From: an uncultured delta proteobacterium
GTDB taxonomy: Bacteria > Myxococcota > Myxococcia > SLRQ01
DNA length: 64,000 nt
Direction of reading: 5' to 3'
Assembly: GCA_963727485.1 (NCBI GenBank)
Contig: CAVSGM010000001.1
Coordinates: 832,001-896,000 of the forward strand
The translations under genes were made by a program, and so were the position numbers. Each line of letters opens with the position of its first letter. The stretch's first letter is position 1. Under the pieces are notes generated by a model. The model saw only the letters and a list, made by a program, of their open reading frames with translations. It had not been told where the DNA came from and made no database searches. Shown piece after piece: positions 29,030-39,268 of the stretch.

Positions 29030-29880
29030 CTGGCCCCGAGGACCGCGGCCAGGACCAGGCCCGCCCCGGCGGCCTCCCGGGCGTGGAGGGTCTCGCCGAG
29101 AAGCGCCCAGGAGAACCCGAAGGCGAAGACCGGCTCGGTGGCCAGGAGCAGGGCCGCGCGCGCCGGGTCGGTGCGCCCCTGGAACCGGGTCTGGAGCCAG
29201 AAGCAGGCGACGGTGGCCCCCAGGGCGGTGAAGGCCACGGCGACGATGACCGGGGTCGACGCCAGGGTCCCGGTCCCGGGACCGGCCAGCGGGAGCCAGC
29301 CGGCGGCGACCACCGCCAGGCCCGCCACCTGGAGGAAGGCGAGGGCGAGGGCGTCGTGGCCCTGGTCCAGGACGCTGTGGAGGGCCAGGAGGTAGACGGC
29401 GTAGCCGGCGGCGCAGGCCAGGGCCTCGAGATCGCCGGCGGTGAGCCCGCCGCCCACGGGGTCGGTCAGCAGCCAGAGGCCGCCGGTGGCCACCGCCGCG
29501 AAGACCAGGTCGATGGCCCGGGGGCGGCCCCGGCCGAAGAGGGGCGCCAGCAGCGGCACCGCGACCACGTTGGTGCCGGTGATGAACGCCACCCGGCTGG
29601 GGTCGGTGGTCTTCAGGGCCAGGGTCTGGGTGAGGTAGGCGGCGTAGGCGAGCGCCCCGAGGGCGAGGCCCGGGACCAGCGCCCGGCGCAGGGCCCGGCG
29701 CGACCGGGGGCGCAGGGCCAGGAGCGGCAGGAAGGCCACCGCCGCCACCGCGAACCGGGCCACCAGGAACCGCGCCGGGTCCACGTCGGCGAGCGCCGAG
29801 TGCACCAGGGGAAAGGTCAGGCCCCAGAGGGCGGCCACCCCGAGGAGCGCCCCCTCGGCGCCGCGGCGGCCGAAGGTCAC
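28942..29880 (-). CDS. DMT/EamA family transporter
   Basis: LWGLTF, RFAVA, AFITG...P, EPVFA...LGE; about 10 TM helices; GTGA overlap with helicase stop. Confidence 0.9.
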   Translation of the reverse strand: MTFGRRGAEGALLGVAALWGLTFPLVHSALADVDPARFLVARFAVAAVAFLPLLALRPRSRRALRRALVPGLALGALAYAAYLTQTLALKTTDPSRVAFITGTNVVAVPLLAPLFGRGRPRAIDLVFAAVATGGLWLLTDPVGGGLTAGDLEALACAAGYAVYLLALHSVLDQGHDALALAFLQVAGLAVVAAGWLPLAGPGTGTLASTPVIVAVAFTALGATVACFWLQTRFQGRTDPARAALLLATEPVFAFGFSWALLGETLHAREAAGAGLVLAAVLGASYPAARAASTRAARVSSHLRAWAKTRKAS

Positions 29881-32384
29881 GTCCCGATCCCGAGCAGCTC
29901 GAGGAGGGGGCCGGCATCCTCCCCCGGGGGCGGGACCTCGAGGCGGGCGCGCAGGGCCCAGTCGTCGTCGCCCTCGGGGTCGAGGATCCGGTGCTGCACC
30001 TCGTACTGCCTCGGGCCGAGGGCCGTGAGCACGGTGTTGTTCGCCAGGCGCGCCCGGGGGGTGAGGTCCACGGCGGCGTGGGCCTCGAAGAACGGCGCCA
30101 TCGCCGCCTCGAGGTCGGCGGCGGTGAAGCCCTCGCCCTCGAGGGCCGCCAGCGCCCCGGCGTAGTCGCGGTCCGCCAGGCGGCGGACCACCGCGTGGCA
30201 CTCCACCCGGACCCGGGCGGCCAGGGCCTTGGGGTCGGCGGCGAGGTCCGGGGGCAGGGGCGGCGGCGGGGCCTCGGCGTCCCGGCGCACCACGGCGGTG
30301 CCGTCGCGCATCGCCTCCCACTCGGCCAGGAGGCTGGCGTCGACCGCGGCGATGGTCTGCCGCAGCCACACCAGGATGTCCCCGAGCTCCTCGGAGCGGA
30401 ACGACTCGGGGACGGTCCGCAGCAGCGTCTTGTAGGCGTCGCCGAGGTAGCGGAGCAGCACCCCCTCGCTCCGGGCCAGGCCGTAGGCGCGCACGTAGTC
30501 GTTGAACCCCGTGGCCTGCTCCACCATCTCCCGGGCGATGGACTTGGGCTTCAGGTGCTCGCCCGAGATCCAGGGGTGGCGCGCCTCGAAGGCGTCGAAG
30601 CTGGCGTAGACCAGCTCGGCCAGGGGCTTGGGGTGGTCGATCTTCTGGAGCTCGGCCATCCGGTCCTCGTAGTCGACGCCGGCGGCCTTGAGCTCGGCGA
30701 CCTTCTCGCCCTTCAGCTTGCTGACCTGCGCCCGGAGGATGACCATCGGGGTCTCGAGCATCGCCTCCACCAGCGAGAGCAGGTCCAGGGCGTAGCTCGG
30801 CGCGTCGGGGTCGAGGTGGCCCAGCGCGTCGAGGAGCCACAGGGCCAGGGTGTGGTGGATGGAGAAGTCGGCCTGCAGGGTGTCCGTGACCGCGACCTTC
30901 GGCCCGGGCTGCACGTCGATGATCCCGGCGTGGCGGAGGCTGCGGAAGCGCTGGGCGGCGACGCGCTTGAGGCGCCGACGCTCCGGGTCGCGGACGTGGG
31001 CCCGGCCGAGGAGCTCGAGGAGGCGCCGGTAGCCGCCGTCCTTGGACCCCGGGTCGCTCTGGAGCACCTCCACCAGCATCCCGTGGGTCACGTTGAACAC
31101 CGGCTCCAGGGGCTCCGGGGGCCGGGTGGTGAGCTGCTCGAAGGTCGACTTGTCCCAGTTCACGAACCCGCGCTCCGGGGGCTTCTTCTTGGGGCGCTTC
31201 TTCTTGAGCTCCGGACGCGCGGCGATCTTGGCGTCGAGGCGCCGGTTCTCGATGACGTGCTCGGGGGCCTGCACCACCACCCGGCCGTGGTCGTCGAAGC
31301 CCTTGCGCCCGGCGCGGCCGGCGACCTGGCGGAACTCGCGCACGCTCAAGAGCCGGGTCTTCTCGCCGTCGTACTTGCACAGCTGGTGCAGCAGCACGGT
31401 GCGGATGGGGATGTTGACGCCGACGCCGAGGGTGTCGGTGCCGCTGATGACCTTGAGCAGCCCCGCCTGGGCCAGACGCTCGACCAGCCGCCGGTACTTG
31501 GGGATGAGCCCACCGTGATGCAGCCCGATGCCGGCGCGGAGGTAGCGCCTCAAGTCCTTGCCGTGGGGGGTGTCGAAGGCGAAGTCGCCGATGGCCCCGG
31601 CGACGGCGCGCTTCTCGTCCTTGGAGAGCAGGTCGACGCTGGTGAGGTCCTGGGCCCGCTCGGCGGCGGCGCGCTGGGTGAAGCTGACCAGGTAGATGGG
31701 CGCCTCGTCGCGCTCGAGGAGCTCGGCGATGGTCTCGTGGAGCGGGGTCTCCCGGTACTCGAAGGACAGCGGCACCGGGCGCTCGTGGCTGCGGACCACG
31801 GCGACCTCGCGGCCGGTGAAGGCGGCGAGGCGCTCCTCGATGGGCGCGGTGTTGCCCAGCGTCGCCGACATCAGGAGGAAGCGCGCCTCGGGCAGCGCGA
31901 TGAGCGGCAGGTGCCAGGCCACGCCCCGGTCCCGGTCGGCGTAGTAGTGGAACTCGTCGAGGACCACCTCGTCGATGCCGGTCTCCCCGCGCAGCGCCGC
32001 GTTCATCAGGATCTCGGCGGTGCAGCAGACCACCGGGGCCTCGCGGTTGATGGTGGCGTCGCCGGTCATCAGGCCCACCCGCTCGGCGCCAAACGCCTCG
32101 CAGAGGGCGAAGAACTTCTCGTTCACCAGGGCCTTGATCGGCGAGACGTACCAGCTCGACCGGCCCGCGGCGAGCGCCTGGTAGTGCAGCGCCAGGGCCA
32201 CCAGCGACTTCCCCGAGCCGGTGGGGGTGTTGAGGACCACGTGGTGGTCCGCCAGCAGCTCGAGGACCGCCTCCTCCTGGGCCGGGTAGAGGCTGCGCCC
32301 GCTCGCCTCCACCCAGGCGACGAAGGCCTCGAGGACGTCGTCGGGGGAGGCGAGGCTCGTGGGATCTGCGAGCGCCGCGGTCAC
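29877..32384 (-). CDS. Ski2/HelY-like DEAD/DEAH helicase with DUF3516-type C-terminus
   Basis: TPTGSGKS, PIKALVNEK, DEFHYY, MSAT, HHGG, GTDTLGVGVN, Q.AGRAGR. Confidence 0.9.
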   Translation of the reverse strand: MTAALADPTSLASPDDVLEAFVAWVEASGRSLYPAQEEAVLELLADHHVVLNTPTGSGKSLVALALHYQALAAGRSSWYVSPIKALVNEKFFALCEAFGAERVGLMTGDATINREAPVVCCTAEILMNAALRGETGIDEVVLDEFHYYADRDRGVAWHLPLIALPEARFLLMSATLGNTAPIEERLAAFTGREVAVVRSHERPVPLSFEYRETPLHETIAELLERDEAPIYLVSFTQRAAAERAQDLTSVDLLSKDEKRAVAGAIGDFAFDTPHGKDLRRYLRAGIGLHHGGLIPKYRRLVERLAQAGLLKVISGTDTLGVGVNIPIRTVLLHQLCKYDGEKTRLLSVREFRQVAGRAGRKGFDDHGRVVVQAPEHVIENRRLDAKIAARPELKKKRPKKKPPERGFVNWDKSTFEQLTTRPPEPLEPVFNVTHGMLVEVLQSDPGSKDGGYRRLLELLGRAHVRDPERRRLKRVAAQRFRSLRHAGIIDVQPGPKVAVTDTLQADFSIHHTLALWLLDALGHLDPDAPSYALDLLSLVEAMLETPMVILRAQVSKLKGEKVAELKAAGVDYEDRMAELQKIDHPKPLAELVYASFDAFEARHPWISGEHLKPKSIAREMVEQATGFNDYVRAYGLARSEGVLLRYLGDAYKTLLRTVPESFRSEELGDILVWLRQTIAAVDASLLAEWEAMRDGTAVVRRDAEAPPPPLPPDLAADPKALAARVRVECHAVVRRLADRDYAGALAALEGEGFTAADLEAAMAPFFEAHAAVDLTPRARLANNTVLTALGPRQYEVQHRILDPEGDDDWALRARLEVPPPGEDAGPLLELLGIGT

Positions 32385-33694
32385 TTGGCCAGGGCCAGAC
32401 CCCGCTCGAGATCGCGGATGATGTCGGCGGCGGCCTCGATGCCGATGGACAGCCGGATGCCGTTGGGCCGGATGCCGCCCTCGGCCTGCTTCTCCGCGGG
32501 GACCGCCGCGTGGGTCATGGCGCCGGGGTTCTCGATGAGGGTCCGCAGCTGCCCCAGGCTCACCGCGAGCGTCAGGGTGTAGGCCTCGTGGGCGATCCAG
32601 TCGACGACCTTCACGCAGTTCTCCGGGTGGGCCTCGTCCTGCTCCACGGTCTCGAAGTAGATCATGTTCCCCGGCGCGAAGTTCCCCTCGGGGTCGCGCA
32701 TCTGCCGCTTGGCGACCGAGTACCCCGGGTGGTCCTCGAGGCCCGGGAAGCTCACCCGCTTGACCCTGGGGTGGCCCCGGAGGAAGCGCGCCACCTCGAA
32801 GGCGGTGGCCATCTGCTTCTTGAGCCGCAGCGGCAAGGTGGGCAGGCCGTAGACCAGGATCGGCCAGGCGGCCTTGGGCGCGAGCACTCCGCCGAAGTCC
32901 TTGCGGTAGAGCAGCAGCTGCCCCTCGAGGGCGTGGGGGGCGATGACCGCGCCGCCCATGTCGGTGCCGTAGCCGCCGATGTTCTTGGTCAGCGAGTGGA
33001 CCACCACGTCGGCGCCCTGGGAGATCGGCCGCTGGCAGAAGGGGGTGGCGAAGGTGTTGTCCACCACGATCCAGATCTTCTCGGCCTCGTCGCGGCCGGC
33101 GTTGAGGGCGTCGACCTCCTTGCGGATGGCGGCGATGTCGAGGATCTCCATGGTGGGGTTCACCGGGGTCTCGAAGTAGACCACCCGGGTGGTCTCGGAG
33201 ACGGCCCCCCGGAGCGCGGCCGGGTCGTGGAGGTCGACGAGGCGGGTGTCGACGTTGAGGCGGTCCGGGTACCAGTTGGTCAGCAGGTTGTAGGTGCAGC
33301 CGTAGAGGGTGTGGTGGGCCACCAGCGACTCGCCGGCGCGCAGCAGCACCCCCAGGGCGGCGCTGATCGCCGCCATGCCGCTGGCGAAGCACACGCCCAC
33401 GTCGCCGCCCTCGACCGCGGCGAGCTCGTCCTCGAGCATCCCCCGGGTCGGCTCGTCGAGGCGGTCGTAGATGTAGATGGGCTCGTCCTTGGTGCCCTCG
33501 CCGGAGGCGTACTCCCGGAAGCCCTTGGCCCCGCGCTCGGTCTTGTCGAGGCGGTAGGCCACGCTGGAGCTCTGGGGGGGCACCAGGTGGTGGCTGAACT
33601 CCCACTTCTTGGAGAAGTGGCGACCGTGGATGAGGAAGGACTCGAGGGAGACGTCCTCGGGGAGCTCGCGGCGGGGGGCATCGTCCTTGGCCAT
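32381..33694 (-). CDS. PLP-dependent Cys/Met metabolism enzyme (methionine gamma-lyase / cystathionine gamma-synthase family)
   Basis: Y.RL..PT, FASGMAAI, ETPVNP, DNTFATP, HSLTK (PLP Lys), AVSLG, RLSIGIE. Confidence 0.9.
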   Translation of the reverse strand: MAKDDAPRRELPEDVSLESFLIHGRHFSKKWEFSHHLVPPQSSSVAYRLDKTERGAKGFREYASGEGTKDEPIYIYDRLDEPTRGMLEDELAAVEGGDVGVCFASGMAAISAALGVLLRAGESLVAHHTLYGCTYNLLTNWYPDRLNVDTRLVDLHDPAALRGAVSETTRVVYFETPVNPTMEILDIAAIRKEVDALNAGRDEAEKIWIVVDNTFATPFCQRPISQGADVVVHSLTKNIGGYGTDMGGAVIAPHALEGQLLLYRKDFGGVLAPKAAWPILVYGLPTLPLRLKKQMATAFEVARFLRGHPRVKRVSFPGLEDHPGYSVAKRQMRDPEGNFAPGNMIYFETVEQDEAHPENCVKVVDWIAHEAYTLTLAVSLGQLRTLIENPGAMTHAAVPAEKQAEGGIRPNGIRLSIGIEAAADIIRDLERGLALAK

Positions 33695-33850
33695 GGGGCA
33701 CCTCGGTGGGGTTGGAACCGTGCGGCGCACTCAACACCGCCTGGGTCGCGAGTTCAAGGCGCACCTCGTCGTGGCGCCGGGATTCCACGAGGGGTGGCCC
33801 GAGGCCGACCGAGGGGTTATCTGGGGAGCCTGACCCACTGGAGGCCCGAG

Positions 33851-36145
33851 ATGACGCGATCCACCATCCCCGCACTCGTTGCCGTGCTCCTCCTCGCCGC
33901 CGGCTGCGCCACGCCGCGCGCGTCCAAGCCCGCCCCGGCGCCGGCCCCCGCCGCCAAGGCCCAGGCCCAGCCCCAGGCCCCCGCGGCCCAGGCCCCCGCG
34001 GCCCAGGCGCCCGCGGCCCAGGCCCCCGCCGGCCCGACCCTCGGCCCCCCGCCGGCGACCGCGGTGAAGGACGTGACCGACACCTACCACGGGGTGAAGG
34101 TCGTCGACCCCTACCAGTGGCTCGAGGACTGGTCGAACCCCAAGGTCCAGGCCTGGTCGAACGCCCAGAACGTCTACGCCCGGCACTTCCTCGACGCCCT
34201 CCCGGGCCGGGACGCCCTGGCCCGTCGCATCGAGGCCCTGATCCGCGCCGAGAGCGTGCGCTTCGGCTCGATTCGCCACGCCGGCCACCACTACTTCGCC
34301 ATGGAGGGCGACCCCAAGAAGCAGCAGGCCTTCCTCATCGTCCTCGACGACCTCTCCAAGCCCCAGACCGCCCGGGTGCTCGTCGACCCCAACGTCCTCG
34401 ACCCCAGCGGCCACACCGCCATCGACTTCTACCGGGTCTCCCCCGACGGCAAGCACGTGGCGGTGAGCCTGTCCCAGGGCGGGTCCGAGGCCGGCAGCCT
34501 CCACCTCTTCGACGTGGCCACCGGCAAGCCCGTGGACTCGGTCATCCCCCGGGTCAACGGGGGCACCGCCGGGGGCGACGCCGCGTTCACCGCCGACGGC
34601 AAGGGCCTCTACTACACCCGCTACCCGGCGCCCGGAGAGCGGCCCGCGGCCGACCTCGGCTTCTACCAGCAGCTCTGGTACCACCGCCTGGGCACGCCCC
34701 TGGCCAAGGACCACTACGTCCTCGGCAAGCAGTTCCCCAAGATCGCCGAGGTCACGGTGGACACCGACCCCCACTCGTCCCGGGCGATCTGCACGGTGCA
34801 GGACGGGGACAGCGGGCGCTTCGCCTTCTGGCTGCGCACCACCCGGGGCAAGTGGGTGAAGCTCGCGGGCTTCGACGCCCGGATCCAGCAGATCACCTTC
34901 GGCCCGGAGCGGCGCCTCTACGTCTTGAGCCACCAGGCAGCGCCCAAGGGCAAGATCCTCTCGGTCTCCGTGGGCCGACCGGACCTGCGCCACGCAAAGG
35001 TGCTCGTCCCCGAGGGCAAGGACGCCATCGCCTTCAACTACGAGTTCGGGCCCAAGCTCACCACCACCGACCACGCGATCTTCGCGGTCTACCAGCTCGG
35101 CGGTCCCACCGAGCTGCGGGCCTTCTCGCCCTCGGGCAAGGCCCTGCCCCAGCCGAAGCTCCTCCCGGTCTCCGCGGTCTACGGGGTGGCGCCGGCGGGG
35201 GGCGACGCGGTGGTCTACGCCAACGTCTCCTACACCCAGCCGCTGGCCTGGTACCGCTACGACGTGAAGACCCGCAAGGCGGTGAAGACCGGGCTCTTCG
35301 CCACCAGCCCGGTGAGCTTCGCCGACGCCGAGGTGAAGCAGGTCTTCGCCACCTCTCAGGACGGCACCCAGGTCCCCCTGACCCTGCTCTACAAGAAGGG
35401 GACGAAGCTCGACGGCCACAACCCGGTGATCCTCACCGGCTACGGCTCCTACGGGATCACCATCGGCCCGGGCTACAGCGCCGTGCGCCACCTGGCCCTG
35501 GAGCGCGGCTACGTCCTCGGGATGTGCCACATTCGCGGCGGCGGCGCCTACGGCGACGGCTGGCACGCCGACGGGAGCCTCACCCACCGCCAGAACAACT
35601 TCAACGACTTCTACGCCTGCATGCACGACCTGGTGAAGTGGGGCTGGACCTCACCGTCGCGCCTCGCGATCACCGGCGGATCGGCGGGCGGGCTGCTCAT
35701 GGGCGGCATGATCACCCAGCACCCGGACGCCTTCCGGGCGGTGGTGAGCTACGTGGGTTTCTACGACATGCTCCGCACCGAGCTCTCGCCCAACGGCGCC
35801 TTCAACATCCCCGAGTTCGGGACGGTGAAGGACCCGGCCCAGTTCAAGGCCATGTACGCCCTCTCGCCCTACCACCACGTGGTCAAGGGCACGGCCTACC
35901 CGGCGATCCTGTTCATGACCGGCGCCAACGATCCCCGGGTGAACCCGATGCAGTCCCGGAAGATGACCGCGCGCCTCCAGGCGGCCACCAGCTCCGGGCG
36001 CCCGGTGCTCCTGCGCACCAGCGCCGACACCGGCCACGGCATCGGCTCGCCGCTCAAGGCCCGCATCGCCCAGATGGTCGACGCGGACAGCTTCATCTCC
36101 TACGAGCTCGGGGTGTCGAAGCCCGAGGCGTCGGCCGCCCGGTAG
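33851..36145 (+). CDS. Prolyl oligopeptidase (S9A) lipoprotein
   Basis: Lipobox AAGC, DPYQWLED, IRGGG, GGSAGG, NDPRV, GHG triad motifs. Confidence 0.95.
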   Translation: MTRSTIPALVAVLLLAAGCATPRASKPAPAPAPAAKAQAQPQAPAAQAPAAQAPAAQAPAGPTLGPPPATAVKDVTDTYHGVKVVDPYQWLEDWSNPKVQAWSNAQNVYARHFLDALPGRDALARRIEALIRAESVRFGSIRHAGHHYFAMEGDPKKQQAFLIVLDDLSKPQTARVLVDPNVLDPSGHTAIDFYRVSPDGKHVAVSLSQGGSEAGSLHLFDVATGKPVDSVIPRVNGGTAGGDAAFTADGKGLYYTRYPAPGERPAADLGFYQQLWYHRLGTPLAKDHYVLGKQFPKIAEVTVDTDPHSSRAICTVQDGDSGRFAFWLRTTRGKWVKLAGFDARIQQITFGPERRLYVLSHQAAPKGKILSVSVGRPDLRHAKVLVPEGKDAIAFNYEFGPKLTTTDHAIFAVYQLGGPTELRAFSPSGKALPQPKLLPVSAVYGVAPAGGDAVVYANVSYTQPLAWYRYDVKTRKAVKTGLFATSPVSFADAEVKQVFATSQDGTQVPLTLLYKKGTKLDGHNPVILTGYGSYGITIGPGYSAVRHLALERGYVLGMCHIRGGGAYGDGWHADGSLTHRQNNFNDFYACMHDLVKWGWTSPSRLAITGGSAGGLLMGGMITQHPDAFRAVVSYVGFYDMLRTELSPNGAFNIPEFGTVKDPAQFKAMYALSPYHHVVKGTAYPAILFMTGANDPRVNPMQSRKMTARLQAATSSGRPVLLRTSADTGHGIGSPLKARIAQMVDADSFISYELGVSKPEASAAR
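33974..34030 (+). repeat. 15-bp tandem repeat (about 3.8 copies) encoding a QAPAA linker
   Basis: caggcccccgcggcc repeated. Confidence 0.8.
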
Positions 36146-37701
36146 GCGCCGTCGCTCACCCGGCCCACCGCCTCGGCCAGATCGTCGCGGCCGAGGCGGT
36201 CGAGGGCGAGCTCCACCTCGAGGGCGAGGACCGAGGCGGTGTAGGCGTCCACCTCGTCGGGGGCGCCGCGGTTCGGGGCGGCCGCGCGGAGGATCACCGC
36301 GAGGAGGGCGAAGAGGCCGATGGTGGCGTCGGCGACCGCGGCCAGGGGGATCTGCTCGCCCGGGAGGCGGATGCCGTGGCGGGCCTTGAGGGTGGCCACC
36401 GCGTCGGCGAGGCGGGCCCGGAGGGCGTCGAAGCGCCGGGCGAGCTCGGCCAGTGGCGCGGGGACCTTCTCCTCGAGGCGCGGGGCGTCGGCGCCGGTGG
36501 CGAGGATCCCGGTGGCCACGTGGAGGCGGAGCACCTCGTTGGCCCCCTCGAAGATCCGGGTGATCCGCGCGTCCCGGAGGATCCGGGCGACACCGGTGTC
36601 CTCGATGTAGCCGCTGCCCCCGTGGAGCTGCAGGGCGGTGTCGGCGACCTGCCACGCCCCCTCGCTGGCGAGGATCTTGGTGGCGGCGCTGGCCCAGCCC
36701 AGATCCCCGGTGCCGCCGGCGAGGCGGGTGGTGAGGGCGACGGCGGCCTCCAGGGCGCGGATCCGGGCCTCGATGCCGGCGACGTGGGCCCGCACCTGGC
36801 CGAAGGTGGCCAGCGCCTTGCCGAACTGCCTGCGGGTCACCACGTGGGCCAGGGCGAGGTCCCGGGCGGCCCGGGCGCTGCCGAGGCTCCCGGCGGCCAT
36901 CAGGGTCCGGCCCCAGGCGAGGATCGACGCCAGGTGGTCGAGGCCCTTGCCCGGTGTCCCCAGCACCCGGTCGAGAGGCACCGGGACGTCGTCGAAGGAG
37001 AGCGTGGTGGTGGACGTGCCCCGCAGGCCGAGCTTGCGCTCCTCGGCGCCCACGGAGAACCCCTCCATGCCCCGGGTGAGCAGGAGCACGCTGTGGCCCT
37101 TCCGGGCGCCGCCGAGGCCCGGGGTCCGGGCGAGGATGGTGAACATCGAGGCCCGGCCGCCGTTGGTGACGAAGATCTTGCTGCCGGAGAGGCGCAGCCC
37201 GTCCCCGTCGGCGACGGCGGTGCTCTTGACCCCGGCGATGTGGGAGCCGGCCTCGGGCTCGGTGGCCGAGAAGGCGGAGAGCTCCTTGCCGGAGGCGAGG
37301 CCGGGGAGCCACCGGGCCTTCTGGGCCTCGGTGCCCAGGGAGATGAGCCCGTGGAGCCCCAGGCCGTTGTGGAGGCCCACGGCGGTGGCCACCGAGCGGT
37401 CGTGCCGGGCGAGGGCCTCGATGACCTGCGCCACCGCCGGCATCGAGAGCCCGGCGCCGTCGTAGGCCTCGGGGATCGAGAGGCCGAAGAGCCCCAGCTC
37501 CGCCGCCGAGGCGTAGACCGAGTCGGGGATGGCGTGGGCCTCGTCGATGGCGGCGGCGTCGAGGTCGCGCCGGGCCCAGGTGGAGACCGAGGCGAGGAGC
37601 CCGCTCACCACCGCCGCCTCCTCGGCGCTGGCGCCGGGCCAGGCGAGGGAGGCGGCGAGCTGGGGGGCGGCGGCGACGAGGTCGGCGAGGGGATCGCGCA
37701 T
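36100..37701 (-). CDS. Acyl-CoA/acyl-ACP dehydrogenase (long, ACAD9/VLCAD-like)
   Basis: AFSATEPEAGSH, GSKIFVTNG, KLGLRG, RRQFG, QLHGGSGY, RIFEGANE. Confidence 0.9.
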   Translation of the reverse strand: MRDPLADLVAAAPQLAASLAWPGASAEEAAVVSGLLASVSTWARRDLDAAAIDEAHAIPDSVYASAAELGLFGLSIPEAYDGAGLSMPAVAQVIEALARHDRSVATAVGLHNGLGLHGLISLGTEAQKARWLPGLASGKELSAFSATEPEAGSHIAGVKSTAVADGDGLRLSGSKIFVTNGGRASMFTILARTPGLGGARKGHSVLLLTRGMEGFSVGAEERKLGLRGTSTTTLSFDDVPVPLDRVLGTPGKGLDHLASILAWGRTLMAAGSLGSARAARDLALAHVVTRRQFGKALATFGQVRAHVAGIEARIRALEAAVALTTRLAGGTGDLGWASAATKILASEGAWQVADTALQLHGGSGYIEDTGVARILRDARITRIFEGANEVLRLHVATGILATGADAPRLEEKVPAPLAELARRFDALRARLADAVATLKARHGIRLPGEQIPLAAVADATIGLFALLAVILRAAAPNRGAPDEVDAYTASVLALEVELALDRLGRDDLAEAVGRVSDGAYRAADASGFDTPSS

Positions 37702-37718
37702 GGAGGCCTCCGGCCGGG

Positions 37719-39020
37719 TCAGAACTGGACGATGCGCCGGTTTGCCTCCCGGGCGGCGAGGGTCTCGCGCCGGTCCCGGTAGAACTCCCGCCACAGGTGG
37801 AGGTAGCCGGCCTCGAGGGTCTCGGCGGACATCTTGTGGGGCGTGAACACGACGTTGGCGTCGTTGTAGTGCTTCCACTCGTAGTCGAAGATCCGCCCCT
37901 CGGCCTGGTAGCGGTGCCAGGTCGGCGTCCCCGGGTAGGGGGTGGCGATGGCGAACTCGGCGAGGTCGACGCCCATCTCCGAGGTGAAGTCCAGCATGCG
38001 ATCGAAGACCCCCTCGTCGTCGTCGGGGTTGCCCACCAGGAAGGAGACGTAGGGATCGATCTCGTGGTCGTGGCAGCGGTCGATGCAGCGCTTCGCCCGG
38101 TCGAGGGCCTTGGGGTCGGCCAGCCCGAAGGCCTTGCGGGTGATGGGGTCGAAGCCGCCGACGAGGTAGAAGCGCTCCATCCCCGTCTCCCGGAGCTGGG
38201 CCATCAGCTTCGCCTCCAGGGAGAGGATCATGGGCATGCTGATGCCCAGGTAGCTCAGGTTCACCGGCAGGCCCCGGGCCTGGGCGGCGATGACCTGGTC
38301 GAGGAAGGCGCGCAGGCGCCGGCGGGCCCCCTGGAGGGCGAAGACCGAGGTGTCCTCGGTCAAGGAGATGCGCTTGCCCGCCTCGGAGAGCTTCGTGAGG
38401 GTGTGGAGGACGTTCTGCTCGGTGTGGAAGCGCATCTCGGCGCCGAGCTGCACCGGCAGGGCGCAGGCGTCGCAGTGGAGCGGGCAGCCCCGGGAGAGCT
38501 GGAGGGGGTAGTCGTCCGGGGAGTTCGAGGGGTCCTCGGCGTCGAGGTAGAGATCGACCCGCGGGGGCCGGAGGCGCTCGAGGTCCACGGGCGCCTGGTA
38601 GATCCCCGAGAGGGTGCCCGCCTCGGCGTCGGCGAGGACCTCGGTCCAGGCGGCCTCGCCCTCGCCGACCACCACCGCGTCCACGTGCTCGGCGACGGTG
38701 TCGGGCATCAGGCTGGGGAAGATGCCGCCGGCGACCACCTTCTTGCCCCGGGCCCGGAGGGCGTCGGCGATCTCCAGGCCCCGGGTCGCCGCCGGGGTGA
38801 AGAACGAGAGGGCGTAGAGGTCGGCCTCGTGGTCCGGGTCGAAGGGCGTGACCCGGTCGTCGATGAACTCGAGGTCGTGGCCGGGGGGCGTGGCGCCGGC
38901 GATGGAGGCGATGCCGAGCGACGGCGGCCCCAGGTACTCGTCGGCGCTCACCGAGGTGCGCAGCTCCGGGTGGGCGTCGGCGTGGCGCTCGAAGGCGGGG
39001 TAGACGAAGGCGATTCTCAT
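37719..39020 (-). CDS. B12-binding-domain radical SAM protein
   Basis: PPSLG...VVAGG.FPS...VVVGEGE cobalamin-binding domain; SRGCPLHCDAC (CxxxCxxC); TPYPGT. Confidence 0.9.
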   Translation of the reverse strand: MRIAFVYPAFERHADAHPELRTSVSADEYLGPPSLGIASIAGATPPGHDLEFIDDRVTPFDPDHEADLYALSFFTPAATRGLEIADALRARGKKVVAGGIFPSLMPDTVAEHVDAVVVGEGEAAWTEVLADAEAGTLSGIYQAPVDLERLRPPRVDLYLDAEDPSNSPDDYPLQLSRGCPLHCDACALPVQLGAEMRFHTEQNVLHTLTKLSEAGKRISLTEDTSVFALQGARRRLRAFLDQVIAAQARGLPVNLSYLGISMPMILSLEAKLMAQLRETGMERFYLVGGFDPITRKAFGLADPKALDRAKRCIDRCHDHEIDPYVSFLVGNPDDDEGVFDRMLDFTSEMGVDLAEFAIATPYPGTPTWHRYQAEGRIFDYEWKHYNDANVVFTPHKMSAETLEAGYLHLWREFYRDRRETLAAREANRRIVQF

Positions 39021-39268
39021 GGCGCCAGGTGACCGGCCAGGGCCGTCACCACTCCGTCCACGGTCTCCACCGCCATCACCTGCTCCATGTCGGGGTCGAT
39101 GTCGAAGGTCTCGCTGACCCGCGAGAGCAGCTCCATCGACTGGAGCGAGTCGAGGCCCAGGTCCTCCCGGAGGCGGTCGGTGCCCTGGATCTCCGCCAGT
39201 GGGGTTTGGGAGAGCTCGGCGACGATGTCGCGGACCACTTCGGCGAGGCGGTCGGTGGGGGGGGTCAT
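39017..39268 (-). CDS. Acyl carrier protein
   Basis: LREDLGLDSL motif; ATGA overlaps on both sides. Confidence 0.9.
   Translation of the reverse strand: MTPPTDRLAEVVRDIVAELSQTPLAEIQGTDRLREDLGLDSLQSMELLSRVSETFDIDPDMEQVMAVETVDGVVTALAGHLAP

Noticed and set aside
29877..32384. Helicase as an anti-phage defence gene
   Set aside because: It resembles the widespread HelY/DUF3516 type, sits in a housekeeping operon and has no nuclease or defence neighbours
33695..33850. Possible SAM riboswitch upstream of the Met/Cys lyase
   Set aside because: A GC hairpin is present but no SAM-I or SAM-II consensus elements could be identified; an Rfam/Infernal scan would settle it
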